In this document: positions 8,615 through 18,599 of the stretch, piece after piece
How positions within the stretch are numbered: position 1 is the first letter of the stretch
Layout of the letters: each line of letters opens with the position of its first letter
NCBI GenBank assembly: GCA_965223705.1
Contig: OZ245015.1
Span: 3,520,001-3,584,000 of the forward strand
Direction: 5' to 3'
Source of the DNA: Myxococcota bacterium
GTDB taxonomy: Bacteria; Myxococcota_A; UBA9160; UBA6930
Length of the DNA: 64,000 nt
The notes under the pieces: generated by a model
Database searches by the model: none
What the model saw: only the letters and a program-made list of their open reading frames with translations
What the model was told of the DNA's origin: nothing
Translations under genes and position numbers: made by a program

Positions 8615-9997
8615 TCATGCGCCCACCGATCTCTCATTGGCGAAAGCTCTTGCGGGATGGTCGTCCGAGAGGCGCGGGCATCCGGGGCCAGAAAAGCGCT
8701 CCCGCAGTGTTTTGCCTTCATACGCGGTACGGAAACGACCGCGCCGCTGGAGCTCGGGGATCACCAGGTCGACGAGGTCGTCGAAACCACCCGGCTGGAC
8801 GTTCGGAAGGACGTTGAACCCGTCGATGCCCGTGTCTTCGACCATCCTCTCCATGCGATCGACGACCTGCTCGGCGGTCCCGACGATGACGCGCTGCATG
8901 CCCCCGAGGCGGACGTTCTCCGCGAGATCGCCAAACGTCGCGTCCGGCCCGCCGGCGAGCTTCGAGAGAAGCCCGCCGACCGACTCGATGCCGCTGCTCG
9001 AGAAATCTCGAATGGGATCGCTCATCGCGTAGGGAGCCAGATCGATCCCACTCCAGCCGCCGAACAACGCGAACGCGCCTTCCGGACTTCCGTGGGCGCG
9101 GAGCACGTCGAGCTTGGTCTTCGCCTCGGCTTCTGTCTCGCCAACAACGAGACACAGACCGCTCAGGAGTTTCACGGAATCCGCGGCACGGCCTGCGGCT
9201 TCGGTGGCTTCGACGACGGCTTCCTTGGTCGCGCGCGGGTGGGGTCCACCCCCCAAGGTCACGAACATCGCCTCGGCGTGGCGCGCGGCGAAGGAGATGC
9301 CTCGTGGTGAGGTGCCAGCCTGCACCAGGAAGGGCGTGCGTTGCGGTGAGGGTTCGCACATGTGCGGCCCTTCGACCGCAAAGTGTTCATTGTGGTGGTG
9401 GATTTTGTGGACCCGAGCGGGATCGGTATGAACGTCCGCTGCCGCGTCGCGAACGACCGCGCCCTCGTCCCAACTCTGCTCCCAGAGTTTACCGACCACC
9501 TCCATGAATTCATCTGCGCGGTCGTAGCGCGCGTCGTGAGGAAGCGCTTCCCCTCCCAAGCCGTTGCGGTACGCGCTCTCGAGGTAGCTCGTCACGATGT
9601 TCCAGCCGACCCGTCCGCCGGTGAAGTGGTCGAGCGACGAGAACAGCTTCGCCGTGTGAAAGGGTGGGTAGTACGTCGTCGAGTGGGTGATCACGAAACC
9701 CAGGCCCTCGGTTTCCCTCGCGAGCAGCGGAAGCAACACCGACGGATCGTTGCCGGGGAACTGAACGGCGTGACGAACCCCCGCGTCCATCGAGCCACCG
9801 TAGATGTCGTACACCCCGTGAATGTCGGCGAAGAACAATGCATCGACGAATCCGCGGTCGAGGGTCCGTGCGATATCCAACCAGAACTCGACGTCGCGAT
9901 ATCCCGGGGAGGAGCGATCTCTCGGATTGCGCCACTGCCCCTTCGCCTGAGGACAGGGAGAGCACTGGGAGAAAGCACAAATATGGATGTGTCCCAT
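8615..9997 (-). CDS. NtaA/DmoA/DszA-family FMN-dependent monooxygenase
   Basis: FFADIHG, LDHFTGGRVGWNIVTSY, PSPQRTPFLVQAGTS, ELQRRGRFRTAYEG. Confidence 0.9.
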   Translation of the reverse strand: MGHIHICAFSQCSPCPQAKGQWRNPRDRSSPGYRDVEFWLDIARTLDRGFVDALFFADIHGVYDIYGGSMDAGVRHAVQFPGNDPSVLLPLLARETEGLGFVITHSTTYYPPFHTAKLFSSLDHFTGGRVGWNIVTSYLESAYRNGLGGEALPHDARYDRADEFMEVVGKLWEQSWDEGAVVRDAAADVHTDPARVHKIHHHNEHFAVEGPHMCEPSPQRTPFLVQAGTSPRGISFAARHAEAMFVTLGGGPHPRATKEAVVEATEAAGRAADSVKLLSGLCLVVGETEAEAKTKLDVLRAHGSPEGAFALFGGWSGIDLAPYAMSDPIRDFSSSGIESVGGLLSKLAGGPDATFGDLAENVRLGGMQRVIVGTAEQVVDRMERMVEDTGIDGFNVLPNVQPGGFDDLVDLVIPELQRRGRFRTAYEGKTLRERFSGPGCPRLSDDHPARAFANERSVGA

Positions 9998-10110
9998 AGC
10001 CCTTTCAGCGTAGCGTGATCGCATCCTGAGAGCGGTCTTCCCATGTGAGCTATATACGCCGCCGCCGGCGTCACCATCGTGCGTCGATGCTCGAGCTGAG
10101 GAGACGTTCG

Positions 10111-10399
10111 ATGTCCTCTATCCGTCGCGTCGTGACCGGTCACGATGCTTCCGGTCGTTCTGTCATCGCGAGCGACGCGGTCGTCTCCGCGCTTCGACCG
10201 AAGGACTTACCGGGTCTCGAAATGACACCGCTCTGGCGAAGGCCGTATCATCCTCGAGCTCGACGACGGTTCGAAGACCGAGCTCCGCGCGGGCGACTGC
10301 GTGGTTCAAAGCGGCACGATGCACGCGTGGCGCAACCCCTTCGGCGAACCGTGTCGCATCATCGGAGTGGCGATCGGTGCGGGGTGGCAGGCCGGCTAA
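10111..10399 (+). pseudogene. Cupin protein with internal deletion and frameshift
   Basis: MSSIRRVVTGH...TPLW in one frame, then EGRIILELDDG...GDCVVQSGTMHAWRN...* in another; junction near 10235; about 80 codons missing relative to paralog 6198..6734. Confidence 0.8.
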
Positions 10400-10426
10400 G
10401 AGAGGACGAAGAGAGGAACCCAAGCG

Positions 10427-10819
10427 ATGAACGAGAACGACCCGATCGCTCCCTACGATGGGCACGGCGACCGCCTGCTCTTCGAAAACGATGACATTGC
10501 CGTGTGGGAAGAGGTTTTCGAGCCCGGGACGCCGACGAAGCCGCACCGTCACGTGCGAGACTACATCGCCGTCGCGCTCGACGAGGGCGAGCTTCGGATC
10601 CAATCGTTTTCGCAGGAACCGGAAGTGTACGAACGACTCGCCGGCCTCCTCGATGCGACCGATGAAACGGACGACACCAAGCGGGTTCGATTCAGTGCCG
10701 GCACGGTCCTGCACGCGGCCCAGCCCGCGGGAGGCCACGCGCACCGCGCAGAGAACGTCGGAGGGCGGCCGAGCCGTGTCTTGCTGATCGAACTGAAGCA
10801 CAGCGGAGTCGGGCGTTGA
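10427..10819 (+). CDS. Cupin domain protein
   Basis: LLFENDDIAVWE, PHRH.RDY, HAHRAENVG...LIELK. Confidence 0.8.
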   Translation: MNENDPIAPYDGHGDRLLFENDDIAVWEEVFEPGTPTKPHRHVRDYIAVALDEGELRIQSFSQEPEVYERLAGLLDATDETDDTKRVRFSAGTVLHAAQPAGGHAHRAENVGGRPSRVLLIELKHSGVGR

Positions 10820-11598
10820 GACTCAAAGACCGGAAAGCGTTGGTCACAGGTGGCGCCAGTGGAATCGGCGCGGCGATCGCTCGCCGACTTGCGGCAGAGG
10901 GTGCGCGAGTCGGGCTCGTCGATCGCGACGATGCACAGACCGTCGTCGACGAGATCCGCGGTCGCGGTGGGGAAGCGCACGCCCTGCGTGTCGATCTCTC
11001 CGAGGTTTCGGCCTGCGAGCGCGCCGTCGATGACGGCGCGAAAGCGCTCGGCGGGCTCGATGTCCTCGTCAACTGCGCGGGTCTCTTTCGGGGCGTGCCT
11101 TTCGAAGAACTCTCGGAAGAGATCTGGGAACTCCACCACCGCGTCCTGGCGCGCGCGCCGATCTTTCTCTGCCGCGCCGCCCTCCCCCATTTGAAAGAGA
11201 GCCACGCCGCACGCATCGTCAACGTGACCTCGGTCGCGGCTCACTTCGGCGCTCCCGGAACCGTCGCGTATAGCGCTGCCAAAGGCGCGTTGCTGTCGTC
11301 GACGCGAGCGCTCATGACCGAGCTCGCTCCGCTGGGAATCAGCGTGAACGCCGTCTCGCCGGGCAACGTCCGCACACCACTCAACGCCGACCTACGCGCC
11401 CTCAAAGGGTACGAGGCGAAGTGGACCGAGCTCACACCTTCGGGCCAGGGCTTCCTCGAGCCCGAGTCGATCGCCGGCGCGGTGGCGTTCCTCGCGTCCG
11501 ATGACGGTGCGATGATCCACGGCCAGCAGATCGTGGTCGATGGCGGCGTGACGGCGGGGCTCTCAAGCGCCGCCATCAGCCTGGCGAGCGACGAGTAA
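10816..11598 (+). CDS. Short-chain dehydrogenase/reductase
   Basis: TGGASGIG, YSAAK, VNAVSPG, VDGG; TTGA overlap with upstream gene. Confidence 0.92.
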   Translation: MRLKDRKALVTGGASGIGAAIARRLAAEGARVGLVDRDDAQTVVDEIRGRGGEAHALRVDLSEVSACERAVDDGAKALGGLDVLVNCAGLFRGVPFEELSEEIWELHHRVLARAPIFLCRAALPHLKESHAARIVNVTSVAAHFGAPGTVAYSAAKGALLSSTRALMTELAPLGISVNAVSPGNVRTPLNADLRALKGYEAKWTELTPSGQGFLEPESIAGAVAFLASDDGAMIHGQQIVVDGGVTAGLSSAAISLASDE

Positions 11599-11683
11599 CC
11601 ACCGCAGACGGAGTACACCGAGTTTCGGTGGCTTTCGCGCGCACTCGTGTGGCAAGGTGGTTTGTATCCACAGGAGGATTCCC

Positions 11684-12844
11684 ATGGCGACACCCCCCGC
11701 TTCCGTGGCCGGCGCCATCGACGCCGACGGTCATATTCTCGAACCTGCGGATCTTTGGGAGACCTATCTCGAAGAAAGGTATCGCGACCGCGCCCTGCGA
11801 ATCCGAACCAACGCCGAAGGACTCGAAGTCATCGAGATCGACGGCAAGCCCACGTGGACGGGATACCCGGGCTTTCCCGGCCTACTCGGCGGAATGGGTC
11901 GCGAAGATCTCATTCCCGGGCCGGACGTGACCTACGAAGGTTCCGCACCTCCGGCCGCGATGGAGGTGGGTGCGCGACTCAAGCGGATGGACGCCGAAGG
12001 GGTCGACAAGTCCATCCTCTACCCGACGCTCGGCCTCTTCCTCGGCGAAATTCAGGACCCGGAGCTCTTCACGGCGCACTGCCGCGCTTACAACCGTTGG
12101 ATCGTCGAATTCTGCAAGGGAAGCGGCGGACGATTGGTTCCGATCGTACAGGTTTCACTTGAGACCGATCCGCAGGAGGCGGCCGCGGAGCTCGAACGGG
12201 GCGTGAAAGCCGGCGCCAAAGGAGGCTTCTTTCTCCCCTTCACCTGGAAAAGGAAGTCGCCGGGGCACCCCGACTACGACCCGCTGTGGGCGAAGGCCGA
12301 AGAGCTCGGCGTTCCCTTGGCCATCCATCCCACCGCCGACCCAGCGCCGCTCGATGTACACAAGCGCTTCGACGAACTCGGGCAGAATGGCCCGAACTTG
12401 AACCTCACTTGGTATTTCGACGTACTGGTCTCGCAAGGGATGATGCAATCGTTCGTTTCGCTCTTCCATTACGGCTTATTCGATCGATTCCCCACCGTCA
12501 AAACGGTGGTGCTCGAATCCCAAGCGGGTTGGATCGGGTTCTTGCTCGACCGCATGGACGCGGTCTTCCGCACCGGCCTCGGGCAGACCACGCATATGAA
12601 GGAATCGCCGAGTACGTATTTCAACCGGCAATGTTGGATTTCCGCGGACCCCGATGAACGCGCGCTCTCCCGCGTGATCGATCACGTGGGCTCCGACCGC
12701 TTCTTCTGGGCCTCGGACTTCCCCCACCCCGATCACGGCGACGACTACATGAACGAACTCGCGGAGTTGGTCGCGCCGCTCTCCGACCGGAGTCGACGCC
12801 AAATCCTGTGGGAGAACGTCGCTACCGTCTACGACCTGGGATAA
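11684..12844 (+). CDS. Amidohydrolase_2 family protein
   Basis: IDADGHILEP, LYPT, AYNRW, WASDFPHPD; AGGAGG RBS. Confidence 0.9.
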   Translation: MATPPASVAGAIDADGHILEPADLWETYLEERYRDRALRIRTNAEGLEVIEIDGKPTWTGYPGFPGLLGGMGREDLIPGPDVTYEGSAPPAAMEVGARLKRMDAEGVDKSILYPTLGLFLGEIQDPELFTAHCRAYNRWIVEFCKGSGGRLVPIVQVSLETDPQEAAAELERGVKAGAKGGFFLPFTWKRKSPGHPDYDPLWAKAEELGVPLAIHPTADPAPLDVHKRFDELGQNGPNLNLTWYFDVLVSQGMMQSFVSLFHYGLFDRFPTVKTVVLESQAGWIGFLLDRMDAVFRTGLGQTTHMKESPSTYFNRQCWISADPDERALSRVIDHVGSDRFFWASDFPHPDHGDDYMNELAELVAPLSDRSRRQILWENVATVYDLG

Positions 12845-12857
12845 GCGAGGAGGTCCA

Positions 12858-14141
12858 ATGGAGGAATCGGTTCGAGATGTGAATCTTCACGATCTCGCGC
12901 GCATGGCCACCCACGGGTACCCCTGGGAAGGGTGGGACCGACTGAGGCGGGAAGCTCCGGTCTTCTGGTACGAGCACGATGAAGTCGAGCCCTTCTGGGC
13001 GGTCACCAAACACGCCGATGTGTTGGAGGTCTCGAAGCGTTCGGACATCTTCATCAATGGCGGGCCGCGTCTGCGGTTCATGCTCAAAGGACAGGTCGAA
13101 CCGCTGCGGTTTCTCGACCCGTTCGGCGAAGAACAGGGTTGGGACCCCAACGAGCCGTCGGACTTCGTGTTCATGGACGACCCGCGCCACAAGAAGATGC
13201 GTGCGATCGCGAGCCGCTCTTTTACGCCCGCGCGGATCAAGGAATCCGAGCCCCATTTCTTGAACCTCGCCAAGGTGTTCGCCGCGGAATTCGAACGTCA
13301 GCTGGCGGAGGGCCCGAAAGATTTTGTTCGCGATTATTCAGTCAAGCTCCCTCTCGCGGCGATCGGCGAGATGTTCTCGCTGCCCCCCGACGATTGGCGC
13401 CAGATTCTGGCCTGGACGAACGCCACCACGGGGGATTTCGAAGAGGGGTTTGTCCGCGAGGGGGAACTCTCGTCGGAAGCGAGTGTCCGGGCGCTCAAGG
13501 AGTTTCGCGGCTACCTAAACGAGCTGGTGGAGCGCCGCCGTCGCGAGAAGAGCGACGGCGACAGTCTTCTCGACCAAGTCATCGCCGGACGAGTCGACGG
13601 CGAACCTCTGACTGAACAGCAATTGAACGGGTACCTCGTGCTGCTCATCGCCGCCGGCAACGAGACGACACGCACGGCCACCACCGGAGGCCTGTTGGCG
13701 CTCCTCGAGCACCCGGACCAACTCGAGCGCCTGTGCGCAGAGCCCGATTTGTTGGATTCGGCGCTCGAGGAGATCCTTCGATTCACCTCGCCGGTCTACC
13801 ACTTCTTTCGGACCGCCACGGAACCCTACGAATTGTCTGGCGTGAAAATCGACGCGGGAGACACCGTCGGGATGTTCTACCCGTCGGCCAATCGCGACGA
13901 AGAAGTTTTCCCCGACCCCTACCGCTTCGACATCGCGCGGGACCCGAACCCCCACCTCGCGTTCGGGGGCTACGGGGCCCACTTCTGTCTCGGGGCTCAT
14001 CTCGCGAGGGCTGAGCTGCGCGCCTCGTTCCGGTCGCTCCTTCCTCTCTTGCCGAGGCTTGAACTGGCCGGTCCGCCGGTCAGAAACCCGCATCTCCACG
14101 CGCCGGGTTACCACTCCCTGCCCGTGGCGCTCAAGAGCTGA
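12858..14141 (+). CDS. Cytochrome P450 (CYP124/125/126-like)
   Basis: AGNETT, EILR, AFGGYGAHFCLG. Confidence 0.92.
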   Translation: MEESVRDVNLHDLARMATHGYPWEGWDRLRREAPVFWYEHDEVEPFWAVTKHADVLEVSKRSDIFINGGPRLRFMLKGQVEPLRFLDPFGEEQGWDPNEPSDFVFMDDPRHKKMRAIASRSFTPARIKESEPHFLNLAKVFAAEFERQLAEGPKDFVRDYSVKLPLAAIGEMFSLPPDDWRQILAWTNATTGDFEEGFVREGELSSEASVRALKEFRGYLNELVERRRREKSDGDSLLDQVIAGRVDGEPLTEQQLNGYLVLLIAAGNETTRTATTGGLLALLEHPDQLERLCAEPDLLDSALEEILRFTSPVYHFFRTATEPYELSGVKIDAGDTVGMFYPSANRDEEVFPDPYRFDIARDPNPHLAFGGYGAHFCLGAHLARAELRASFRSLLPLLPRLELAGPPVRNPHLHAPGYHSLPVALKS

Positions 14142-15165
14142 CCGGGCTTGCGCGACGACCGCGGTACGCCCCGGGTGAGATTCCGAACCAGCGCTTAAAC
14201 GCCTTCCCGAAGTTCGCGGGGTTGTCGAAACCCAACGCGCCAGCCACCTCTTTGATCGTAATCTCGTCGTTGGCGAGTAGCTCAGAGGCGCGCACCTGAA
14301 GGAACTCGTCCGTGATGGCCTGGTAGCTGGTACCCAGGTTACGCAACCGCCGGATCAAGGTTCGCGGCGCCATGTGCAGGTAGTCGGCGACGACGGGGAG
14401 CGTGGGGAGCGGTCGCGTTCGGTTCTCGTCCTCGAAGGCGCGGCACAAGAAACTCCGCACCTGACCCAGCGTCTCGCGTTCCGGCGAGGAAGCCATCGTG
14501 GTTTCGCACTGGGTGAGTGCGTAGCTCCACGTCGAAGCGTGGAATCCCAAATTCTCAAGCGAGCGCCAATTCGCGGGGAAGACCAACGCATTGCACGAGG
14601 ACGCGAAGCGAACTGGACAGCGGAAGAACTCCCCGTAGCGCGTGGCGTGGGGTGTGGGCGGATACGTCAGGACCAGCTCGGCTTCGGCGAAATCGACGCC
14701 GTAGACCGTAGCGAGGTGCTGCTGCAAGATCAGGAGCGGCGTCTCGACCAGGAGCGGGAGCGATCCGCCGAGATCAATCACCGGGCAGAGTTCCGCGAGG
14801 AAGCGACCTTCTTCGCTGCGCCCCTGCATATGCATATACGGAACACGACTCGGAAAGAACCGCAGGAACGCATCCACCCCGGCCCCCAGATTCGGAGCCG
14901 AGAGCAGCGCGATGCTGATCGGGCCGTGGAAGTGGTCTGTCAGGCTGCTCGACCAGGCGAGATACCAGGCGGGGTCGCGGGCCAGCGCCTCGGTGTTGCG
15001 AATATATTGGAGCGCCTGACGCACGGTAATGCGGCGCTCAGCATCTTCGAGCTCCTCGGCGGAGAGACCGGTGTGTGCGAGCAGCTGGTCGGCATCGAAG
15101 AGGCGCAGCAAATGGCGGCCGTAGGTGGCGGGCATGGGTAGGCCTTCGACAACACCTCTGTCCAT
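14131..15165 (-). CDS. AraC family transcriptional regulator
   Basis: C-terminal RTLIRRL...LGFDNPANFGKAFKRWFGISPGAYR; start uncertain (15135-15183). Confidence 0.9.
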   Translation of the reverse strand: MDRGVVEGLPMPATYGRHLLRLFDADQLLAHTGLSAEELEDAERRITVRQALQYIRNTEALARDPAWYLAWSSSLTDHFHGPISIALLSAPNLGAGVDAFLRFFPSRVPYMHMQGRSEEGRFLAELCPVIDLGGSLPLLVETPLLILQQHLATVYGVDFAEAELVLTYPPTPHATRYGEFFRCPVRFASSCNALVFPANWRSLENLGFHASTWSYALTQCETTMASSPERETLGQVRSFLCRAFEDENRTRPLPTLPVVADYLHMAPRTLIRRLRNLGTSYQAITDEFLQVRASELLANDEITIKEVAGALGFDNPANFGKAFKRWFGISPGAYRGRRASPVSS

Positions 15166-15186
15166 GAGGTGCCATTTTCGCACATT

Positions 15187-15213
15187 TTGTCACCAAAAGA
15201 ACAAATGTTGTCA
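15187..15213 (+). promoter_or_regulatory. Candidate AraC-family tandem binding sites
   Basis: TTGTCA at 15187 and 15208, 21 bp apart, in an AT-rich divergent intergenic region; TAGAAT -10-like element at 15248. Confidence 0.55.
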
Positions 15214-15297
15214 TGAGATGATTTCGCGCTCGCGGCCGGCGCGGCCGTAGAATCCGAGGCCAAGCGGCGTGTTGCCGTGCAACGCAAAGGAGCTGCG

Positions 15298-15711
15298 ATG
15301 TCTGACCCCGCGATTGTCGAGCGAAACGTCGCCAAGGTTCGAGAGTTCATCGACGCCTGGGGTGCGGTCGACTGCGATGCCGCCATGGCCTGCCTGTCGG
15401 ATGATATTGAGTACATCAACCTGCCCCTCGAGCCCCTCATCGGCCAAAAGGACGTTCGAAGAATCGTCGACGGCATCATGAAGCTCTCGGTGAAGGTTCA
15501 CTGGGAGCTCATCAACATCTTCGGCCACGGCAACGTCGTCACCACCGAACGTCTCGATCACTGGGATTTCGACGGGAAGGGCTGGGGCCTGAAGCTCCCT
15601 TGCATCGGCATGTTTGACGTGAACGACGAAGGGAAGATCTGCGGCTGGCGCGATTACTTCGACAACCGCATGTGGTTCGAAAACGGCGGACCCATCCTTC
15701 ATCTCGACTGA
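15298..15711 (+). CDS. Limonene-1,2-epoxide hydrolase family protein
   Basis: EYIN (YxN), TERLD (RxD), WRDYFD. Confidence 0.88.
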   Translation: MSDPAIVERNVAKVREFIDAWGAVDCDAAMACLSDDIEYINLPLEPLIGQKDVRRIVDGIMKLSVKVHWELINIFGHGNVVTTERLDHWDFDGKGWGLKLPCIGMFDVNDEGKICGWRDYFDNRMWFENGGPILHLD

Positions 15712-15724
15712 GAGGAACTGCCCA

Positions 15725-16135
15725 ATGGACGAAAAAGCCACGATCGAACGCAATATCGGGGTCGTCAGAACCTTTCTTCGGGGCTGGGACGAGCGCGACG
15801 TAGACCTCTGCATGTCGCAGTGCACCGAGGACATGGTGTACTGGAACAAGCCCCTCCCTCCGCTCAAAGGCCCGGACGTCCGCACGATGATCGCTTCGAT
15901 CTTCGAGCCGGCGAAGCGAGTCGAATTCATCCTTCACAACATTTTCGGCCACGGGAACAAGGTCATTACCGAACGCCGGGACCAGTGGGACTGGGATGGC
16001 AGCGGAACGTGGCAGCTGGTGCTCCCCGTGTGCGGCATGTTCGAGCTCACGGACGACGGCAAGATCTACGAATGGCGTGAGTACTACGACAACGAGCACT
16101 GGACCCAGCACGGCGGTCCGAGTCTCGAGCTCTAG
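15725..16135 (+). CDS. Limonene-1,2-epoxide hydrolase family protein, tandem paralog
   Basis: VYWN, TERRD, WREYYD; clear similarity to the upstream gene. Confidence 0.85.
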   Translation: MDEKATIERNIGVVRTFLRGWDERDVDLCMSQCTEDMVYWNKPLPPLKGPDVRTMIASIFEPAKRVEFILHNIFGHGNKVITERRDQWDWDGSGTWQLVLPVCGMFELTDDGKIYEWREYYDNEHWTQHGGPSLEL

Positions 16136-16146
16136 GAGACCTTTCC

Positions 16147-17988
16147 ATGGCGTTGGCTCCCAAAGTCGGTGGTGACAAGCCCCGCATTCCGACGGCGAAC
16201 GAACTCGGCTTCGATCCCGATGCGTTGCGCCGCAAATACGCGGTGGAACGCGAGCGACGTCTGCGACCCGACGCCGAAGCGCAGTACCAGCAGACGGACG
16301 GCCAGTTCGAGCGCTACAACGAAGATCCGCACGTCACGGAGCCGCTTGCGCGCGACGCGGTCGACGAGGACATCGAGGTGGCGATCCTCGGCGGCGGCTT
16401 TGGCGGCCTCTACATGGCAGCCCGTCTCCGGGAAGCGGGAATCGACTCCTTCCGGATCATCGAACGCGGCGGCGACTTTGGCGGAACGTGGTACTGGAAC
16501 CGTTACCCGGGTGCTCAGTGCGACGTCGAGTCCTACATCTACCTGCCTCTTCTCGAAGAGACCGGCTACATGCCGAAGGAGAAGTACTCCTTCGGACCGG
16601 AGATCTTCGAACACGCCCAGCGGGTCGGGCGCCACTACAATCTCTATGAACGCGCCTACCTTCAGACGCAGATCACCGAACTCCGCTGGAACGAAGGCGA
16701 GAACCATTGGGTCGTTCGGACGGACCGGGGCGACACGATCCGTGCCCACTACGTCATGATCTCGACCGGATCTCTCAACCGACCGAAGCTTCCCGGTATT
16801 CCGGGGCTCGCCGATTTCAAGGGCCACACGTTTCACACGAGTCGCTGGGACTACGACTACACAGGGGGATCGCCGGAGGGGGAGCTCGAAAAGCTGGCCG
16901 ACAAGCGAGTGGGCATCATCGGCACCGGCGCTACCGCCATTCAGTCGATTCCCCATCTCGGCGCGAGCGCGAAACACCTCTACGTGTTTCAGCGCACGCC
17001 CTCATCGGTGGACGAGCGCCGCAACAAACCCACCGACCCCGATTGGTGGAAGACCCTCGAGAGCGGCTGGCAAGTTGCGCGCAACGATAATTTCACCGCA
17101 CTCCTCGTCGGTCAAGAAGTCGAAGAAGACCTCGTGAACGATGGATGGACCGATCTCTTCAAGTCGCTGGGGGAACTCCTGGCCGGCGATGACGACGCGC
17201 AATGGACCACGGAGGAATTGAAAGAGCTCGCCGAGATCGTCGACTTCCAGCACGACAATCGGATACGAGACCGCGTCGTGGACACCGTCGGCGACGCCGA
17301 AACGGCCGGCAAGCTCAAGCATTGGTATAGGCCCTGGTGCAAGCGGCCCACCTTTAACGACGATTACCTGCCGACCTTCAATCGCACGAACGTCACCCTG
17401 GTCGATACCGACGGCAAGGGCGTCGAGCGCCTCACGGAGAAAGGCGTGATCGTCGGCGGCGTCGAGTACGAGGTCGATTGTCTGATCTTCGCGACGGGCT
17501 TCGAAGTCAACCGCGCCAGCTACACCCACCAGGCCGATCTCGAAATCATCGGTCGCGATGGCCGAACGCTTGGGGATCACTGGGCGGATGGCATGCGCAC
17601 GTACCAGGGCTTCATGAGCCATGGATTCCCGAATCTTTTCCATATGGGATTCACCCAAACGGGCTACACACCGAACTTTACCTACATGACCGAGAACCAG
17701 TCGCGCCATCTCGCAGCGGTGGTAAAGGATGCGAATGAGCGAGGTATTCGCGCGATGGAACCCACGGCCGAGGCCGAAGCCGACTGGGTGGCGCTCGTGA
17801 CAGAGCCGAATCAGATGACCGACTACCTCGCCGCCTGCACCCCCGGCTACTACAACGCGGAAGGCAAGGGCAAAGGTCACGACGAAGGATTCCTGCAGGG
17901 GCACTACCCTGAGGGGGGCCTTCGCTTCTACGAAATGCTCGCCGAGTGGCGGGCCGCCGGAGAGTACGCCGGCCTAGAGATCCGTTGA
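16147..17988 (+). CDS. Type I Baeyer-Villiger monooxygenase (CDMO/PtlE-like)
   Basis: GGGFGG, GGTWYWNRYPGAQCD, FKGHTFHTSRW fingerprint, GTGATA, CKRP. Confidence 0.93.
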   Translation: MALAPKVGGDKPRIPTANELGFDPDALRRKYAVERERRLRPDAEAQYQQTDGQFERYNEDPHVTEPLARDAVDEDIEVAILGGGFGGLYMAARLREAGIDSFRIIERGGDFGGTWYWNRYPGAQCDVESYIYLPLLEETGYMPKEKYSFGPEIFEHAQRVGRHYNLYERAYLQTQITELRWNEGENHWVVRTDRGDTIRAHYVMISTGSLNRPKLPGIPGLADFKGHTFHTSRWDYDYTGGSPEGELEKLADKRVGIIGTGATAIQSIPHLGASAKHLYVFQRTPSSVDERRNKPTDPDWWKTLESGWQVARNDNFTALLVGQEVEEDLVNDGWTDLFKSLGELLAGDDDAQWTTEELKELAEIVDFQHDNRIRDRVVDTVGDAETAGKLKHWYRPWCKRPTFNDDYLPTFNRTNVTLVDTDGKGVERLTEKGVIVGGVEYEVDCLIFATGFEVNRASYTHQADLEIIGRDGRTLGDHWADGMRTYQGFMSHGFPNLFHMGFTQTGYTPNFTYMTENQSRHLAAVVKDANERGIRAMEPTAEAEADWVALVTEPNQMTDYLAACTPGYYNAEGKGKGHDEGFLQGHYPEGGLRFYEMLAEWRAAGEYAGLEIR

Positions 17989-18009
17989 TCGAGAAAGAGA
18001 GACAAAATC

Positions 18010-18573
18010 ATGAGCGAAAAGCGACTCGAAAAGATCGAAAAACTGTTGTCGGAAATTTGCGAAACCCAAGCCGCGATCTGCCAGAAAGTGGAGCAGCTCG
18101 AACGGCGCACGGCGACCGGGGCTCCTTCTTGCGAGGAGACCGTTGCGTTCCTCGACCAGTTCCGGGCCGCCGAAGCGGACGCGGTGGGTTGGATCGGTTC
18201 CTGGATCGACGTCAGCGACGTCGACTGCCTGCGCGGTGGCCTGCGCACCGTCCAAAAACGCGAGGCGATGCACGCCGAACTCCTCGAGAGCCGCATCAAA
18301 GAGCTCGGCGGAGACTGCAGCTGCGAGTTGCCCGCGGCCGATCGCAAGCGCTACCGGGAGACCTTTGGCGGGACGACGTGCAGCGACGCCGAGAAGGTAA
18401 AAGCGCTGGTCGAGGAAGTCGGTGACATGGACGTTTTCCTGAAGCCGTTCGATGATTTCGCGAACCGCCTGGACGCCGACCCGGAGACCCAGTTCTTGCT
18501 TCGGACGATTCTCCAGGACGAGCGATCCACGATCCAGTTCCTGAACGACGCGTGCACGCTGCTCAACGGTTGA
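18010..18573 (+). CDS. Ferritin-like helical-bundle protein, Cys-rich
   Basis: AAE...REAMHAELLESRIKELGG...TILQDE pattern; N-terminal coiled coil. Confidence 0.6.
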   Translation: MSEKRLEKIEKLLSEICETQAAICQKVEQLERRTATGAPSCEETVAFLDQFRAAEADAVGWIGSWIDVSDVDCLRGGLRTVQKREAMHAELLESRIKELGGDCSCELPAADRKRYRETFGGTTCSDAEKVKALVEEVGDMDVFLKPFDDFANRLDADPETQFLLRTILQDERSTIQFLNDACTLLNG

Positions 18574-18599
18574 CGAACGCTTCACCACGGGAGAACACC

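Noticed and set aside
11617..11632. Hairpin CACCGA-GTT-TCGGTG as a terminator
   Set aside because: Short stem, weak U-tract, lies between co-oriented genes
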